From NCBI GenBank assembly GCA_009786925.1, contig WRGY01000125.1, positions 21,810-85,809 of the forward strand: 64,000 nt of DNA, in the 5' to 3' direction. Below are positions 20,182 to 28,897 of this stretch, in pieces. The first letter of the stretch is position 1, and each line of letters begins with the position of its first letter. This DNA comes from Defluviitaleaceae bacterium. Lineage in GTDB: Bacteria; Bacillota; Clostridia; Lachnospirales; WQUN01. The notes under the pieces are model-generated. The model did no database searches. It worked only from the letters and a program-made list of their open reading frames with translations, and had not been told where the DNA came from. The position numbers were made by a program, and so were the translations under genes.

Positions 20182-20829
20182 CTAATACGTCGCTTTTATA
20201 TCATTTATAATTTGGCCAAAAACTTGTTCTCGCTCTATGGAGGTATCATAAATTGTGAATCCATACTTAGGTAAATAATTTACCGAATATCGACTGAACG
20301 AAATATTCTCTTCAGCAACTTTTTTTAATTCATCATTATCAAAGCCGTATGTCCAATCATCTACCGTGTCGTATTTTCTCATGTCGGCTACGAGTTCATC
20401 CACTGTTTTATGGTTTTGCACTAATCCTACAAGAACAAAACGGTCTCTTAATTCGTCTATCCCATACATTTTTACGATAGGCAATATTTGCTCAAAATCA
20501 AAAGACCAACCCTCTATTACAAAATTGTTCCCAGATAATCCACCTTGAGTATACGGAAATAATCCCTGACCATCAGGAGCAGAAAACATACCAAGGAAGT
20601 GTCCAAGGAATGGAGCAATATTTTTCCTAGTTTCTTCTCCATTACCAATTCGAATATTTAATTGTGGATATGCTTCCCCAAAAGTAGCCACAAGTCTGTC
20701 GTTGTTAATTACGAAATAATTCAATTCTTCTTTTAATTTTCTGGCTAATGTTGATTTGCCCGCCCTTCCTGCTCCTGAAATTATTATATTTTTAATCGTC
20801 CACACCCACCTAATTTGAATGTTACGCAT
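20182..20829 (-). CDS. P-loop NTPase / nucleotide-kinase-like protein
   Basis: Walker A is IIISGAGRAGKSTLARKL near the N-terminus when started at ATG 20829. The track start 20892 would overlap mazF by 26 nt. It lies downstream of, and co-oriented with, mazEF. Confidence 0.6.
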   Translation of the reverse strand: MRNIQIRWVWTIKNIIISGAGRAGKSTLARKLKEELNYFVINNDRLVATFGEAYPQLNIRIGNGEETRKNIAPFLGHFLGMFSAPDGQGLFPYTQGGLSGNNFVIEGWSFDFEQILPIVKMYGIDELRDRFVLVGLVQNHKTVDELVADMRKYDTVDDWTYGFDNDELKKVAEENISFSRYSVNYLPKYGFTIYDTSIEREQVFGQIINDIKATY

Positions 20830-20850
20830 GTACCACACTCTTTGTGGTAC
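20830..20850 (-). promoter_or_regulatory. Perfect 8-bp hairpin abutting the P-loop gene start
   Basis: GTACCACA-CTCTT-TGTGGTAC lies in the 37-nt mazF to P-loop spacer and contains ACA triplets. Its function is unknown. Confidence 0.3.
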
Positions 20851-20866
20851 ATAACAGTGCGCCCTA

Positions 20867-21217
20867 TCATTTTTCCAGATAGTGAAGCACATCGACTGCG
20901 CCTTGAATAATATCAGTTACTTGAAACAGTATTTCTTTTGGTAAAATATCACCTGTTTGATTATACCCTCTGTTTTGCAAGTCAACCGCACGAAGGTGTT
21001 CACACAAGATATAGCCTGTCGTTTTCGTGCCTTTAAGAGGTATGTCCATTGGTTTTTTCCGGTTTGTGTTGGTTATGGGGCAAATCCATATGAGATTGCT
21101 TGCTTTTCCAAAGTCCGCATTACTCACAACAAGCGCAGGACGGTATCCCGACTGTTCATGGCCTTTTACCGGGTCGAAGTTGGTTAGAATAATCTCGCCT
21201 TGTTTTGGTTTAATCAT
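20867..21217 (-). CDS. mazF: MazF/PemK family type II toxin (endoribonuclease)
   Basis: 116 aa with GEIILTNFDPVKGHEQSGYRPALVVS and ICPITN. It overlaps the mazE stop by 8 nt. Confidence 0.9.
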   Translation of the reverse strand: MIKPKQGEIILTNFDPVKGHEQSGYRPALVVSNADFGKASNLIWICPITNTNRKKPMDIPLKGTKTTGYILCEHLRAVDLQNRGYNQTGDILPKEILFQVTDIIQGAVDVLHYLEK

Positions 21218-21512
21218 ATTTTACAACCTCTGCGCCAACGGAAGGACTATTAAGCCATTCGTTATCTTCGGTGGTTATTTCGGCAGGCGTGCCGTCCCAT
21301 TCCCCTTTTTCAAGTTTGTCAAAAAGAATTTCAGCGAGTGGTTTGCGTTTACGCACTTCTGTGACGGGCATGACAAGCAAAACGCCATTTTTCATTTCTA
21401 TTTTTACATTTGATTTGTGTTTAATGTTAAATAGGTCTGTAAATTCTCTTGGGAGTCTAATTCCAAGACTTGAGCCCCACTTATTCACACTGGTTTCCCT
21501 TGCTTGCATCAT
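21210..21512 (-). CDS. mazE: MazE/AbrB/SpoVT-type antitoxin
   Basis: 100 aa with the swapped-hairpin motif VNKWGSSLGIRLPREF, directly upstream of mazF. Confidence 0.85.
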   Translation of the reverse strand: MMQARETSVNKWGSSLGIRLPREFTDLFNIKHKSNVKIEMKNGVLLVMPVTEVRKRKPLAEILFDKLEKGEWDGTPAEITTEDNEWLNSPSVGAEVVKYD

Positions 21513-21689
21513 GATTAAACACTCCTAACGTAGAATATTTGTATATACATATATTCTACGTCAATTCAACGAAATATGCAACTTTATTAATGAAACCTCA
21601 CGGCAAAACCACTTCTTTTTAGATGAGCGTTATTTACACCCTTCATATCATAAGTTCTATAACAATACACTATGAGAGGCGTGGTTTCT

Positions 21690-21887
21690 ATGTCAAAAGC
21701 AGTGGCGATACGCATTGATGACGAATTGAAGCGGCAAGCAGAACAAACACTTGAAGAAATCGGGTTAAACATGACAACCTATATTACCTCTAGCTTAAAG
21801 GCTCTCGTTCGAGAACAAAGTGTGCCTTTTGAGCTAACAACAAAACAACGTACAAACGAAAAATACCTAGAGTGGGAGGAAATTTAA
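21690..21887 (+). CDS. RelB/DinJ family antitoxin
   Basis: MSKAVAIRIDDELKRQAEQTLEEIGLNMTTYITSSLKALVREQSVPFEL is the classic DinJ RHH pattern. The start is taken at ATG 21690. Confidence 0.85.
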   Translation: MSKAVAIRIDDELKRQAEQTLEEIGLNMTTYITSSLKALVREQSVPFELTTKQRTNEKYLEWEEI

Positions 21888-23047
21888 GTGGGAAATACTG
21901 TTGGAAAAATTACGGAAGCCACTGCAAGACAATCGTAGAAGTCAAAGCCAGCCGAGAAAGAATCGCGCATATTCCTACGGACATAAAGGTTAATCCACAA
22001 CATTTAGATGGACTGACCCAAGCGCAATTTATCAAAGCTTTTGGGGAATTGCAACACTTTGTCATTAACTGTTACAAGAGTATTGAATGTGACCCTATTT
22101 CTTGGGGTTATCCAGACCCTTACAAACAAAAAAGCGGAAATGGTGGTATTTCAATCGGCCCGCATGAAAAACGCTTAACTTGTTTTCTGTATGCTATCTC
22201 TGCCGCAGGGACGCTTGAAAATGATACGTTGATGGTGGATTACAAGATGTTTAATAACCATTTCAAGCGATGGGCGCACACGAAGCCTGAAACTATGCTT
22301 GCGGGACTTGCCAAACAAGGGCTTGTTATCGAAAATTCCGGCAAGAAATCAACACATTTTACTGTTAAATATCACGAAAATTCTCATGTGTTGCAAGCTA
22401 TGCGCGCATATTTCACTGACAGACCTTGCCGCCGTTGTTACGGAGCGTGCAATCATATGGGAAGTTGTTATTGGGGAGGAGCAATAACGCCCGTAACAAT
22501 TTTCTCATACCGTTTCATAGAAGACCCTGCCGAACAAAAGCATGATGTTGAATTTCTTGCATTTGTAAGCGGAATGTCGAAAGAATTGCAAGAAATCCAA
22601 TACTATCTTTACAGCGAGTCCAAGCGGTATGGGTATAGGTTCGACCCATTCAAACCCGTGTGGTCCGGAGGGCTGTTATATGAGAAACGTGCGGTGGAAT
22701 GGCCGAGAGTGGGTTATATAGGCGACGGCTGGCACGGCGATGACTATCGTATGTTTAGTTTCAGGTGTCATGTTAAGCTCAACAAAGTATTCAAAACACA
22801 CCCAGAAAAAATAAATGAATTTGCAAAGCAAAGACCCGATACCCTTATCAACCCCGACCATATGTGCAACCAACACTGCGGTAAAACATTGAACAATATT
22901 TGCCATGCGCATCGTGTTTCCTATGAAATAGATGGCGTTACTTATCATAATTGCGGGGGTATCCGTATCCATAACCCGACACTTGATGATGTAAAATTGA
23001 TAGTGGAGTTATATGTTTTGGAAAACAACCTAACTCCCATTTTTTGA
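21872..23047 (+). CDS. Cys/His-rich 391-aa protein of unknown function in the toxin position after DinJ
   Basis: The long ORF overlaps the DinJ stop by 16 nt. There is no internal Met for about 120 codons, so the start is GTG 21872 or the 5' end is frameshifted. A strong GGGAGGA RBS at 21874-21880 instead serves an out-of-frame 16-codon GTG ORF. Cys clusters are CRRCYGACNHMGSCYWGG and CNQHCGKTLNNICHAH..HNCGG. Confidence 0.5.
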   Translation: MGGNLSGKYCWKNYGSHCKTIVEVKASRERIAHIPTDIKVNPQHLDGLTQAQFIKAFGELQHFVINCYKSIECDPISWGYPDPYKQKSGNGGISIGPHEKRLTCFLYAISAAGTLENDTLMVDYKMFNNHFKRWAHTKPETMLAGLAKQGLVIENSGKKSTHFTVKYHENSHVLQAMRAYFTDRPCRRCYGACNHMGSCYWGGAITPVTIFSYRFIEDPAEQKHDVEFLAFVSGMSKELQEIQYYLYSESKRYGYRFDPFKPVWSGGLLYEKRAVEWPRVGYIGDGWHGDDYRMFSFRCHVKLNKVFKTHPEKINEFAKQRPDTLINPDHMCNQHCGKTLNNICHAHRVSYEIDGVTYHNCGGIRIHNPTLDDVKLIVELYVLENNLTPIF

Positions 23048-23161
23048 TTTGCGCGGCATTTATGAATACCTTGAGCGAAACAACATTTAAAGAAAGGGAG
23101 CTTATGCACCACAAAAAGGGTGCGTGCGCAAAATCCACATTTTTAACAGGAGGAAATACAA

Positions 23162-23527
23162 ATGAAACGTTATAAAACAGCGGCAATTATTGTAATAATC
23201 CACGGAATGATTGAGTTGGGTGGATTTTTTTCTGTGTTGCCTATGTGGATATTTTGAATGGAACAGGCTGATTTTATTCCGTTTGAACCTCCGGCGGCAG
23301 ATATTGTAATAGCGGGTGTTGTTTTAGGCGCGCTAAGAATAATCGGTGGTGTCGCACTTTTCAAAAATTTGATGTGGGGGTTAGCGTTTTCTGTTCTTTT
23401 ATGCGCGAAGGCACTTTTCACGATGCTTACGATTTTGCCGTTCGGGATAATGGACGGCATCTTGGCGGGTACAGCATTGATTCTTGTATTAACTCAATTT
23501 TTTGGTAAAAAGAAAATTAGCGAATAG
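23162..23527 (+). pseudogene. Small membrane protein gene split by one in-frame TGA
   Basis: MKRYKTAAIIVIIHGMIELGGFFSVLPMWIF (23162-23254) is followed by TGA (23255-23257) and then, in the same frame, the 89-aa track ORF 23258-23527. Both parts are hydrophobic. Confidence 0.45.
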
Positions 23528-23550
23528 TATAAGTGCCGTCAGGGTTATTA

Positions 23551-23574
23551 GGGCGTGTTGCCACTACCTCCAAC
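23551..23574 (+). repeat. Dispersed repeat family S, copy S1 (GGGCGTGTTGCCACTACCTCCAAC)
   Basis: About 20-21 of 24 positions are identical to 54550-54573 and 43722-43745. Confidence 0.65.
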
Positions 23575-23593
23575 GCTCGACTTTTAATTCGGA

Positions 23594-24508
23594 CTAATTT
23601 GCAATATTTCGCAGCAGGGGATATGGGTTTATCCAAAAATCACCACGTACAAATGTCACGCTGGGCGAAATCGCCAGATGCAAATGCACAGGAAAGCTCC
23701 GCCCGCCACGCCCGCCGCCGCTGTTTCCCATTTGGCCGATGGTTTGCCCTGCGGCTATGTCCTGCCCTGTAGCTATACCCGTTGCGATACTGTCGAGATG
23801 TGCGTATAGATACAGGGTGTCGTTTTTTGTTATTATTGTCACAAAATATCCGAGATTATTATCCCATCCTGCCTCGCGGACATGCCCATATGTCATGCTG
23901 GATACAGGTACACGGCCTCGTATATTTTCGCGGTCTATGATTGCTGTACCCATATGCATTCGTCGGCCTTGGAAATTATGCTCAACACCCCATGAGTCAC
24001 CAAACATAATCGAAGGGTCGTACTCATACCACCCATCGGGGATGGGGAATACCTCGATTTCGCTAAAAAGATTTTCGTACATAGCAACAAAAGGAGCGAT
24101 ACTGCGGGTATTGTATCGTCGCAAAAGCCGCTTAAAGTCCGATATGTACAGTCTCTCAATGGCACTAAGGTCATAGGCTGTTAGCTTTTCGGGAAAAAAA
24201 TCGTTTTCGGCATTAAATAATACAAAAAGCTCGGGAAAGGAAATGCTGTTGCGTTCTGCATACACTTGCAACATTCCTATAGCTCTGTGCGGCACACGGA
24301 ATGCCGCTACTGTCTCTGCATCTACACGTAGCCTAATCCCCGGCCGCAAAAGGCTAAACGCACCGCCTATGATAATAAATAAAACTACAAGCACACATAG
24401 CTTAAAAAAATAATCCTTAATGCGTCGCTTAAAAATCCTCGGCAACGTTAACTTTTCCCTCATCCCAATCCTACGTTTTATGTCTCGGCTCCGCATATAA
24501 AATTCCAC
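23594..24508 (-). CDS. M23 family peptidoglycan metalloendopeptidase
   Basis: 304 aa with an N-terminal TM helix, MHMGTAI, AGQTIGQMGNSGGG and VHLHLAISP. Confidence 0.75.
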   Translation of the reverse strand: MEFYMRSRDIKRRIGMREKLTLPRIFKRRIKDYFFKLCVLVVLFIIIGGAFSLLRPGIRLRVDAETVAAFRVPHRAIGMLQVYAERNSISFPELFVLFNAENDFFPEKLTAYDLSAIERLYISDFKRLLRRYNTRSIAPFVAMYENLFSEIEVFPIPDGWYEYDPSIMFGDSWGVEHNFQGRRMHMGTAIIDRENIRGRVPVSSMTYGHVREAGWDNNLGYFVTIITKNDTLYLYAHLDSIATGIATGQDIAAGQTIGQMGNSGGGRGGRSFPVHLHLAISPSVTFVRGDFWINPYPLLRNIAN

Positions 24509-24623
24509 CCCTTATAAAATCTCTACAAAGAGTGTATTCACACCGCCGTTGCAAAATTCTATTGCTTGACTAGCCCCTTCGCTGACTATACAATGTCATA
24601 AAAACATAAAGGAGCGGACGCAC

Positions 24624-26102
24624 ATGAAAAATGTACCTGTGGTAAAACCCGGCATCGTGGCTGTTAGCCGAGACTGTTTCCCGATTACATTGTCGGAAAA
24701 ACGCAGAGAAGCCGTAATGGATGCGGCAAAAAAGGCAAATCTTAAACTAACAGAAATTAAAACAACGGTGGAGAATGAGAGAGATGCGTTAAAGGCTTTG
24801 GACGAACTAAAACAAGCAGGTTGCAACACGCTTGTAGTATATCTGGGCAATTTCGGACCGGAAGGCCCTGAGTCCATGCTTGCACAAAAATTTGACGGCC
24901 CCGTTATGTTTGTTGCAGCCGCCGAAGAAACAGCCTCCGACCTTATCCAAGGCCGCGGCGATGCTTATTGCGGAATGCTTAACGCCTCATACAACCTCGG
25001 TTTGCGTGGCGTAAAAGCCTACATCCCCGAGTACCCGGTCGGTAAGACCTCTGAAGTAGCAGTGATGATTGCAGAATTTGTTCCTATAGCCGCCATTATA
25101 CTAGGACTAAAAAAACTTAAAATATTTGGGTTTGGCCCTCGTCCCTTCGATTTTGTTGCATGTAACGCGCCGATTAAACCGCTCTATGACCTTGGCGTAG
25201 AAATACAAGAAAACTCGGAGCTTGACCTGTTTGCAAGCTTTAATGCCCTTGCAAATGACCCGCGCATAGAAAAGGTAGCAAAAGATATGGCGGACGAACT
25301 CGGCGGCGGCAACAAGCATCCGAGTCTGCTCAACAAGCTCGCACAGCTCGAAATCACATTGCTCGACTGGGCAGAAAAACATGCAGGTGCGTCAGAATAT
25401 GTTGCCTTTGCAAACAAATGTTGGCCGGCATTCCAGACCCAGTTTGGTATGGTGCCTTGCTATGTTAACAGCCGCCTCACAGGCCGCGGGATTCCCGTTG
25501 CTTGCGAAACAGACATCTATGGCGCGCTTTCTGAGTACATCCTTACTTGCGCAACCAGCCTTCCGCCGACCCTCCTGGATATTAACAACACCGTACCCGA
25601 CGACCTTTTCCTCGCGGGAGGAAGCAAATTCGACGGCTACAAGCCCACCGACGTATTTATGGGCTTCCACTGCGGAAACACACCGATTTCGCTTTTGAAA
25701 AATCCCGAAATGAAGCATCAGCTCATCATGCACCGCCTTCTCGAGCCGGACAGCGAGCCAAACATCTCTCGCGGCACCTTGGAAGGCGCATTAAAATCAG
25801 GCGACATCACACTCTTCCGCTTACAGTCTACCGCTGATTGCACACTGCGTTCATACATCGCCCAAGGCGAGACGATAGACGTAGACCCACAGACATTCGG
25901 CAGTGTAGGGGTTATTGCCATCCACGAAATGGCTCGTTTCTACCGCCATGTCCTCATCGCAAAACGTTATCCGCATCACGCCGCCATGGGCTACGGCCAT
26001 ATCGGCAAAACCCTCTTTGCGGCTCTAAAAATGCTCGGCATATGCGATGTAGCTTACAATCAACCCGTAGGGAGATTATACTGCGGAGAAAATCCTTTCT
26101 AA
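24624..26102 (+). CDS. L-fucose/L-arabinose isomerase family protein
   Basis: 492 aa. The N-terminus KPGIVAVSRDCFP...LVVYLGNFGPE and the length fit the COG2407-type sugar isomerases as I recall them. Confidence 0.5.
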   Translation: MKNVPVVKPGIVAVSRDCFPITLSEKRREAVMDAAKKANLKLTEIKTTVENERDALKALDELKQAGCNTLVVYLGNFGPEGPESMLAQKFDGPVMFVAAAEETASDLIQGRGDAYCGMLNASYNLGLRGVKAYIPEYPVGKTSEVAVMIAEFVPIAAIILGLKKLKIFGFGPRPFDFVACNAPIKPLYDLGVEIQENSELDLFASFNALANDPRIEKVAKDMADELGGGNKHPSLLNKLAQLEITLLDWAEKHAGASEYVAFANKCWPAFQTQFGMVPCYVNSRLTGRGIPVACETDIYGALSEYILTCATSLPPTLLDINNTVPDDLFLAGGSKFDGYKPTDVFMGFHCGNTPISLLKNPEMKHQLIMHRLLEPDSEPNISRGTLEGALKSGDITLFRLQSTADCTLRSYIAQGETIDVDPQTFGSVGVIAIHEMARFYRHVLIAKRYPHHAAMGYGHIGKTLFAALKMLGICDVAYNQPVGRLYCGENPF

Positions 26103-26116
26103 AACAGAGGTCGCCC

Positions 26117-26154
26117 GGGGTGCAGGCGTGTTGGAGTCAACACGCCTGCACCCC
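26117..26154 (+). terminator. Strong rho-independent terminator
   Basis: GGGGTGCAGGCGTGTTG-GAGT-CAACACGCCTGCACCCC forms a 17-bp perfect stem. Confidence 0.8.
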
Positions 26155-26185
26155 CCCATTTTCACATTTGGTGGTGATTTGCAAA

Positions 26186-26686
26186 GTGTTACAGATTAAC
26201 GATTATTCTGGTCGCAGGGGTGTGTTGGTACAGTTTTTTTCAAGGATACATGCTTTGTTAAAGGAAAACGCCGAACGCAATCCTGTACTTGTACCGCCGG
26301 AGCATGTTATTACTTGGACACAGAAGATGAACGGTGTGTTGGTGGATGTTAACCGTCGTTTTTTTATTGCTATAGATGGCAACAACCTTGCAGGTATATT
26401 TTTTTACCGATATGACGGAGACAGGATTTTAATCGAGGATGTGCAGACCGCTTGGGCTTACAGGAATAACCCCAATGTAATCGAGGGTTTTTTAAAAAAG
26501 CTGGAATATGACCAAGGTACTAAGAGTGCGACATTTTATGCAAGTGAGCGAGTAAATCTCGATGCTGACAAGGAGCTTCTTGCCACAAAGGGATTTAAGG
26601 ACACGCATGAAGGTGGTTTCGAAAAACTCGGGACATTGTCGCAGGCGGCGGGCGCGCTTAGGTTACGCTACAACAGAAGTGTTTAG
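26186..26686 (+). CDS. Hypothetical ~166-aa protein (start uncertain), first gene of the GGDEF operon
   Basis: This is the in-frame tail of track ORF 25838-26686 lying after the terminator. Candidate starts are TTG 26168 and GTG 26171, 26174 and 26186, none with a clear RBS. Its stop overlaps the next gene's start. Confidence 0.35.
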   Translation: MLQINDYSGRRGVLVQFFSRIHALLKENAERNPVLVPPEHVITWTQKMNGVLVDVNRRFFIAIDGNNLAGIFFYRYDGDRILIEDVQTAWAYRNNPNVIEGFLKKLEYDQGTKSATFYASERVNLDADKELLATKGFKDTHEGGFEKLGTLSQAAGALRLRYNRSV

Positions 26687-27722
26687 CTTCGAAAACATAG
26701 TTGAGGTTTTGGGCAGGCATGATAATCACATAACTATCGTGGCTGTCTATTTGTCTTTTTCGGCAGTGGTAATTTTACTTAGAATATTTGCGCATTTGCA
26801 TTTTCGCGGGGTGTTGCTTTCGTTTTGGCATGTCGCCGCTATTGATGATAAAAATGCAGTAAAAGAAATTAGGCATTCTGTTTTAAAAAAGGCTTGCACC
26901 GAGTATGTGCGTGTGGCCGAGCGAGCAGTTACGGCTGTGCCTACGACTCAGATTGTGGAGCGAGCTGTAGCCGGCATGGGTTTTTTTGGGTGGAAATACA
27001 CGGGGTTATTGCCTTTTGTCGAGGCTATGGAGCTTGGGCTTTTGGGCATCGGATTTATACTGGCCGTGGTTTTTAGTGACGCGGCGGCGGTTTATGGATT
27101 GCTTGCTGTTATTGTTTTTACGGCTTGTCGCATTGCGGCGGCTTTTTTTAATGTGAGAGCGGCACGAGAGCAACTTTGTGATGAGATGGTGCTTTTTATC
27201 GAGCGTGAAGTGGGAAGATTTTTTGCCGCAGACACAGGAGGGGCGTTGCTTAGGCTAAAGAACGACTTGTCCGATGCTATAGCCCATCAAAGCAAAATGT
27301 TTAAAGCGACTATGGAGTCTATCTCGGAGAGTATGATTAATGCGGCATATTCTACCGAGCCTATCATGGCTAATCTAAACACGGGTGCGGAGCGGTTTTC
27401 GCAAGCCGCCACAAAAATACAGTCGGCATCCGACCTGCTTTCTTCTCATATGCAGGGTCACAGCAATGCCATGTCGGAGCAACATGCGGCTTTGGTGACA
27501 GCTATCAACTCCATAGCCACCCATGCGGGTTTTATAGAAAAAAATCAACAGGCACTGGATAGCTCTCTTGCTTCATACGAATCATCATTGCAAAGCCTGA
27601 CCCAATCCATAGGCGACGGCCTCGGCGCGTTTATAAACCTCCATGCCCAGACGAGTGCGCAAGCCATAAACGATGCACTAAAGGCTAATATAGATAAGAT
27701 GATGAGGTGGCAAAATGAGTGA
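26679..27722 (+). CDS. Membrane protein with about four TM helices and a long Ala/Ser/Gln-rich helical tail; unknown family
   Basis: GTG 26679 overlaps the preceding stop. Hydrophobic segments are ITIVAVYLSFSAVVILL, LLPFVEAMELGLLGIGFILAVVF and VYGLLAVIVFTACRIAAAFF. About 190 aa of coiled-coil-like sequence follow. Confidence 0.55.
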   Translation: MFSFENIVEVLGRHDNHITIVAVYLSFSAVVILLRIFAHLHFRGVLLSFWHVAAIDDKNAVKEIRHSVLKKACTEYVRVAERAVTAVPTTQIVERAVAGMGFFGWKYTGLLPFVEAMELGLLGIGFILAVVFSDAAAVYGLLAVIVFTACRIAAAFFNVRAAREQLCDEMVLFIEREVGRFFAADTGGALLRLKNDLSDAIAHQSKMFKATMESISESMINAAYSTEPIMANLNTGAERFSQAATKIQSASDLLSSHMQGHSNAMSEQHAALVTAINSIATHAGFIEKNQQALDSSLASYESSLQSLTQSIGDGLGAFINLHAQTSAQAINDALKANIDKMMRWQNE

Positions 27723-28881
27723 TAAATACGAACATCCCAAGCCCATACTCACCACAGACCTCATTGCCTTGGATATAGAAACAAAGGACAGCCACCGTGG
27801 CAAGTTTTTGCTCAAAAATACAGGTGGCGGGACATTAAAATGTACGATTTTTTCTCGGTGCAAGGGGCTTACGTTTTCGCCTGAAGAGTTTGAGTCTAAC
27901 TCGCAGGAGGTTAGTTTTGTATTTAATGCACAGTCTGCGGGTTTGGGCATTGGTGAGACTGTATCGTCCCGATTTTTTATCATGTCCAACGGCGGAGAAA
28001 AAGAAATCCCTGTCACCGCAAAACTCATAAAAATGTCTATCGCAACATCCGATGGTCATGTCATCGCTAATATCTGGGATTTTTATGAATATTCACTTAC
28101 TCATCCTTCGCAGGCGCGGCGACTTTTCATAGATAGCGAGTTTTACATGTTGCTCCTTGCGAGTGGCTACGAGTATATGGAGGTATATGAGTCACTCCAC
28201 AAGGATGCAAATCGCGAGCGTGCCATGGATAATTTTTTCATATTGTCGGGTCTCAAAAGTAAAACGGAGATTTCGATTGTGGATGATAGCACATTAGAAT
28301 TTTCGCAGGCTCCGGGTAATGCCACACCCATCACGGGTAGTTTTGAGGTGCAAAAGTCTGACTCAGGATTTGCAGAGTCACCGTTGACCTTGCGCACAGA
28401 TGCTCCATGGCTAAAGCTGTCATCAGGCAAGCTGGGTACCGCTGATTTCGAAAACAACATCAGCACAGTAGGCTTTACGATAGACCCTGCTTTAATAGAA
28501 AACAATTTTGCAAGGGAGCAGATTTGTGTTGCAGACCGAGCCATAGAAATCGTATATCGCCGCCTCCCTCCGCTTATCCTAAAGCTAAATCGCGATACCT
28601 ATCGCTATGCCGACCGTGGTACGATTGAAGTAATAAACAATACAGGTGCGACCATGCAGGTGGGTGTATTTTGTCCGGAAAACTATATCCGTTTTTCGGC
28701 GCGGTCGTTTCCTATAGGTGCGCGGGGCGAAATCCCATTCGAGGTAAAACTGTCGGCATTTATGAATGCGCAGATGCTTTTTAGAAAATTGCCGTATATG
28801 CAAACCAGTATAGAAATCAGTGCGACTGTTCCCGGAGAAATACACAAAAAAACACTGCCAATCACCATAGGCGAGTGGTGA
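27715..28881 (+). CDS. 388-aa protein with two Ig-like beta-sandwich-type segments; unknown family
   Basis: It has an 8-nt overlap with the upstream gene. GKFLLKNTGGGTLKCTIFS and GTIEVINNTGATMQVGVF fit the hxhxNxGxxxh pattern of ASH/PapD-like modules. Confidence 0.6.
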   Translation: MSDKYEHPKPILTTDLIALDIETKDSHRGKFLLKNTGGGTLKCTIFSRCKGLTFSPEEFESNSQEVSFVFNAQSAGLGIGETVSSRFFIMSNGGEKEIPVTAKLIKMSIATSDGHVIANIWDFYEYSLTHPSQARRLFIDSEFYMLLLASGYEYMEVYESLHKDANRERAMDNFFILSGLKSKTEISIVDDSTLEFSQAPGNATPITGSFEVQKSDSGFAESPLTLRTDAPWLKLSSGKLGTADFENNISTVGFTIDPALIENNFAREQICVADRAIEIVYRRLPPLILKLNRDTYRYADRGTIEVINNTGATMQVGVFCPENYIRFSARSFPIGARGEIPFEVKLSAFMNAQMLFRKLPYMQTSIEISATVPGEIHKKTLPITIGEW

Positions 28882-28897
28882 AGGGAGGCATGGACTA

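Noticed and set aside
23255-23257. Selenocysteine recoding at the in-frame TGA.
   Set aside because: I saw no convincing SECIS-like hairpin immediately downstream, and the context is a small hydrophobic protein, not a redox enzyme.
25838-26185. Upstream part of track ORF 25838-26686.
   Set aside because: It overlaps the 3' end of the isomerase gene out of frame and spans a strong terminator. Only the part after 26154 can be a gene, and even that call has low confidence.
26679-27722. MotA/ExbB-like proton channel assignment for the operon's membrane protein, based on ELGLLGIGF resembling the GLLGT motif.
   Set aside because: It is a single short match with no MotB/ExbD-like partner gene, which is too weak to call.
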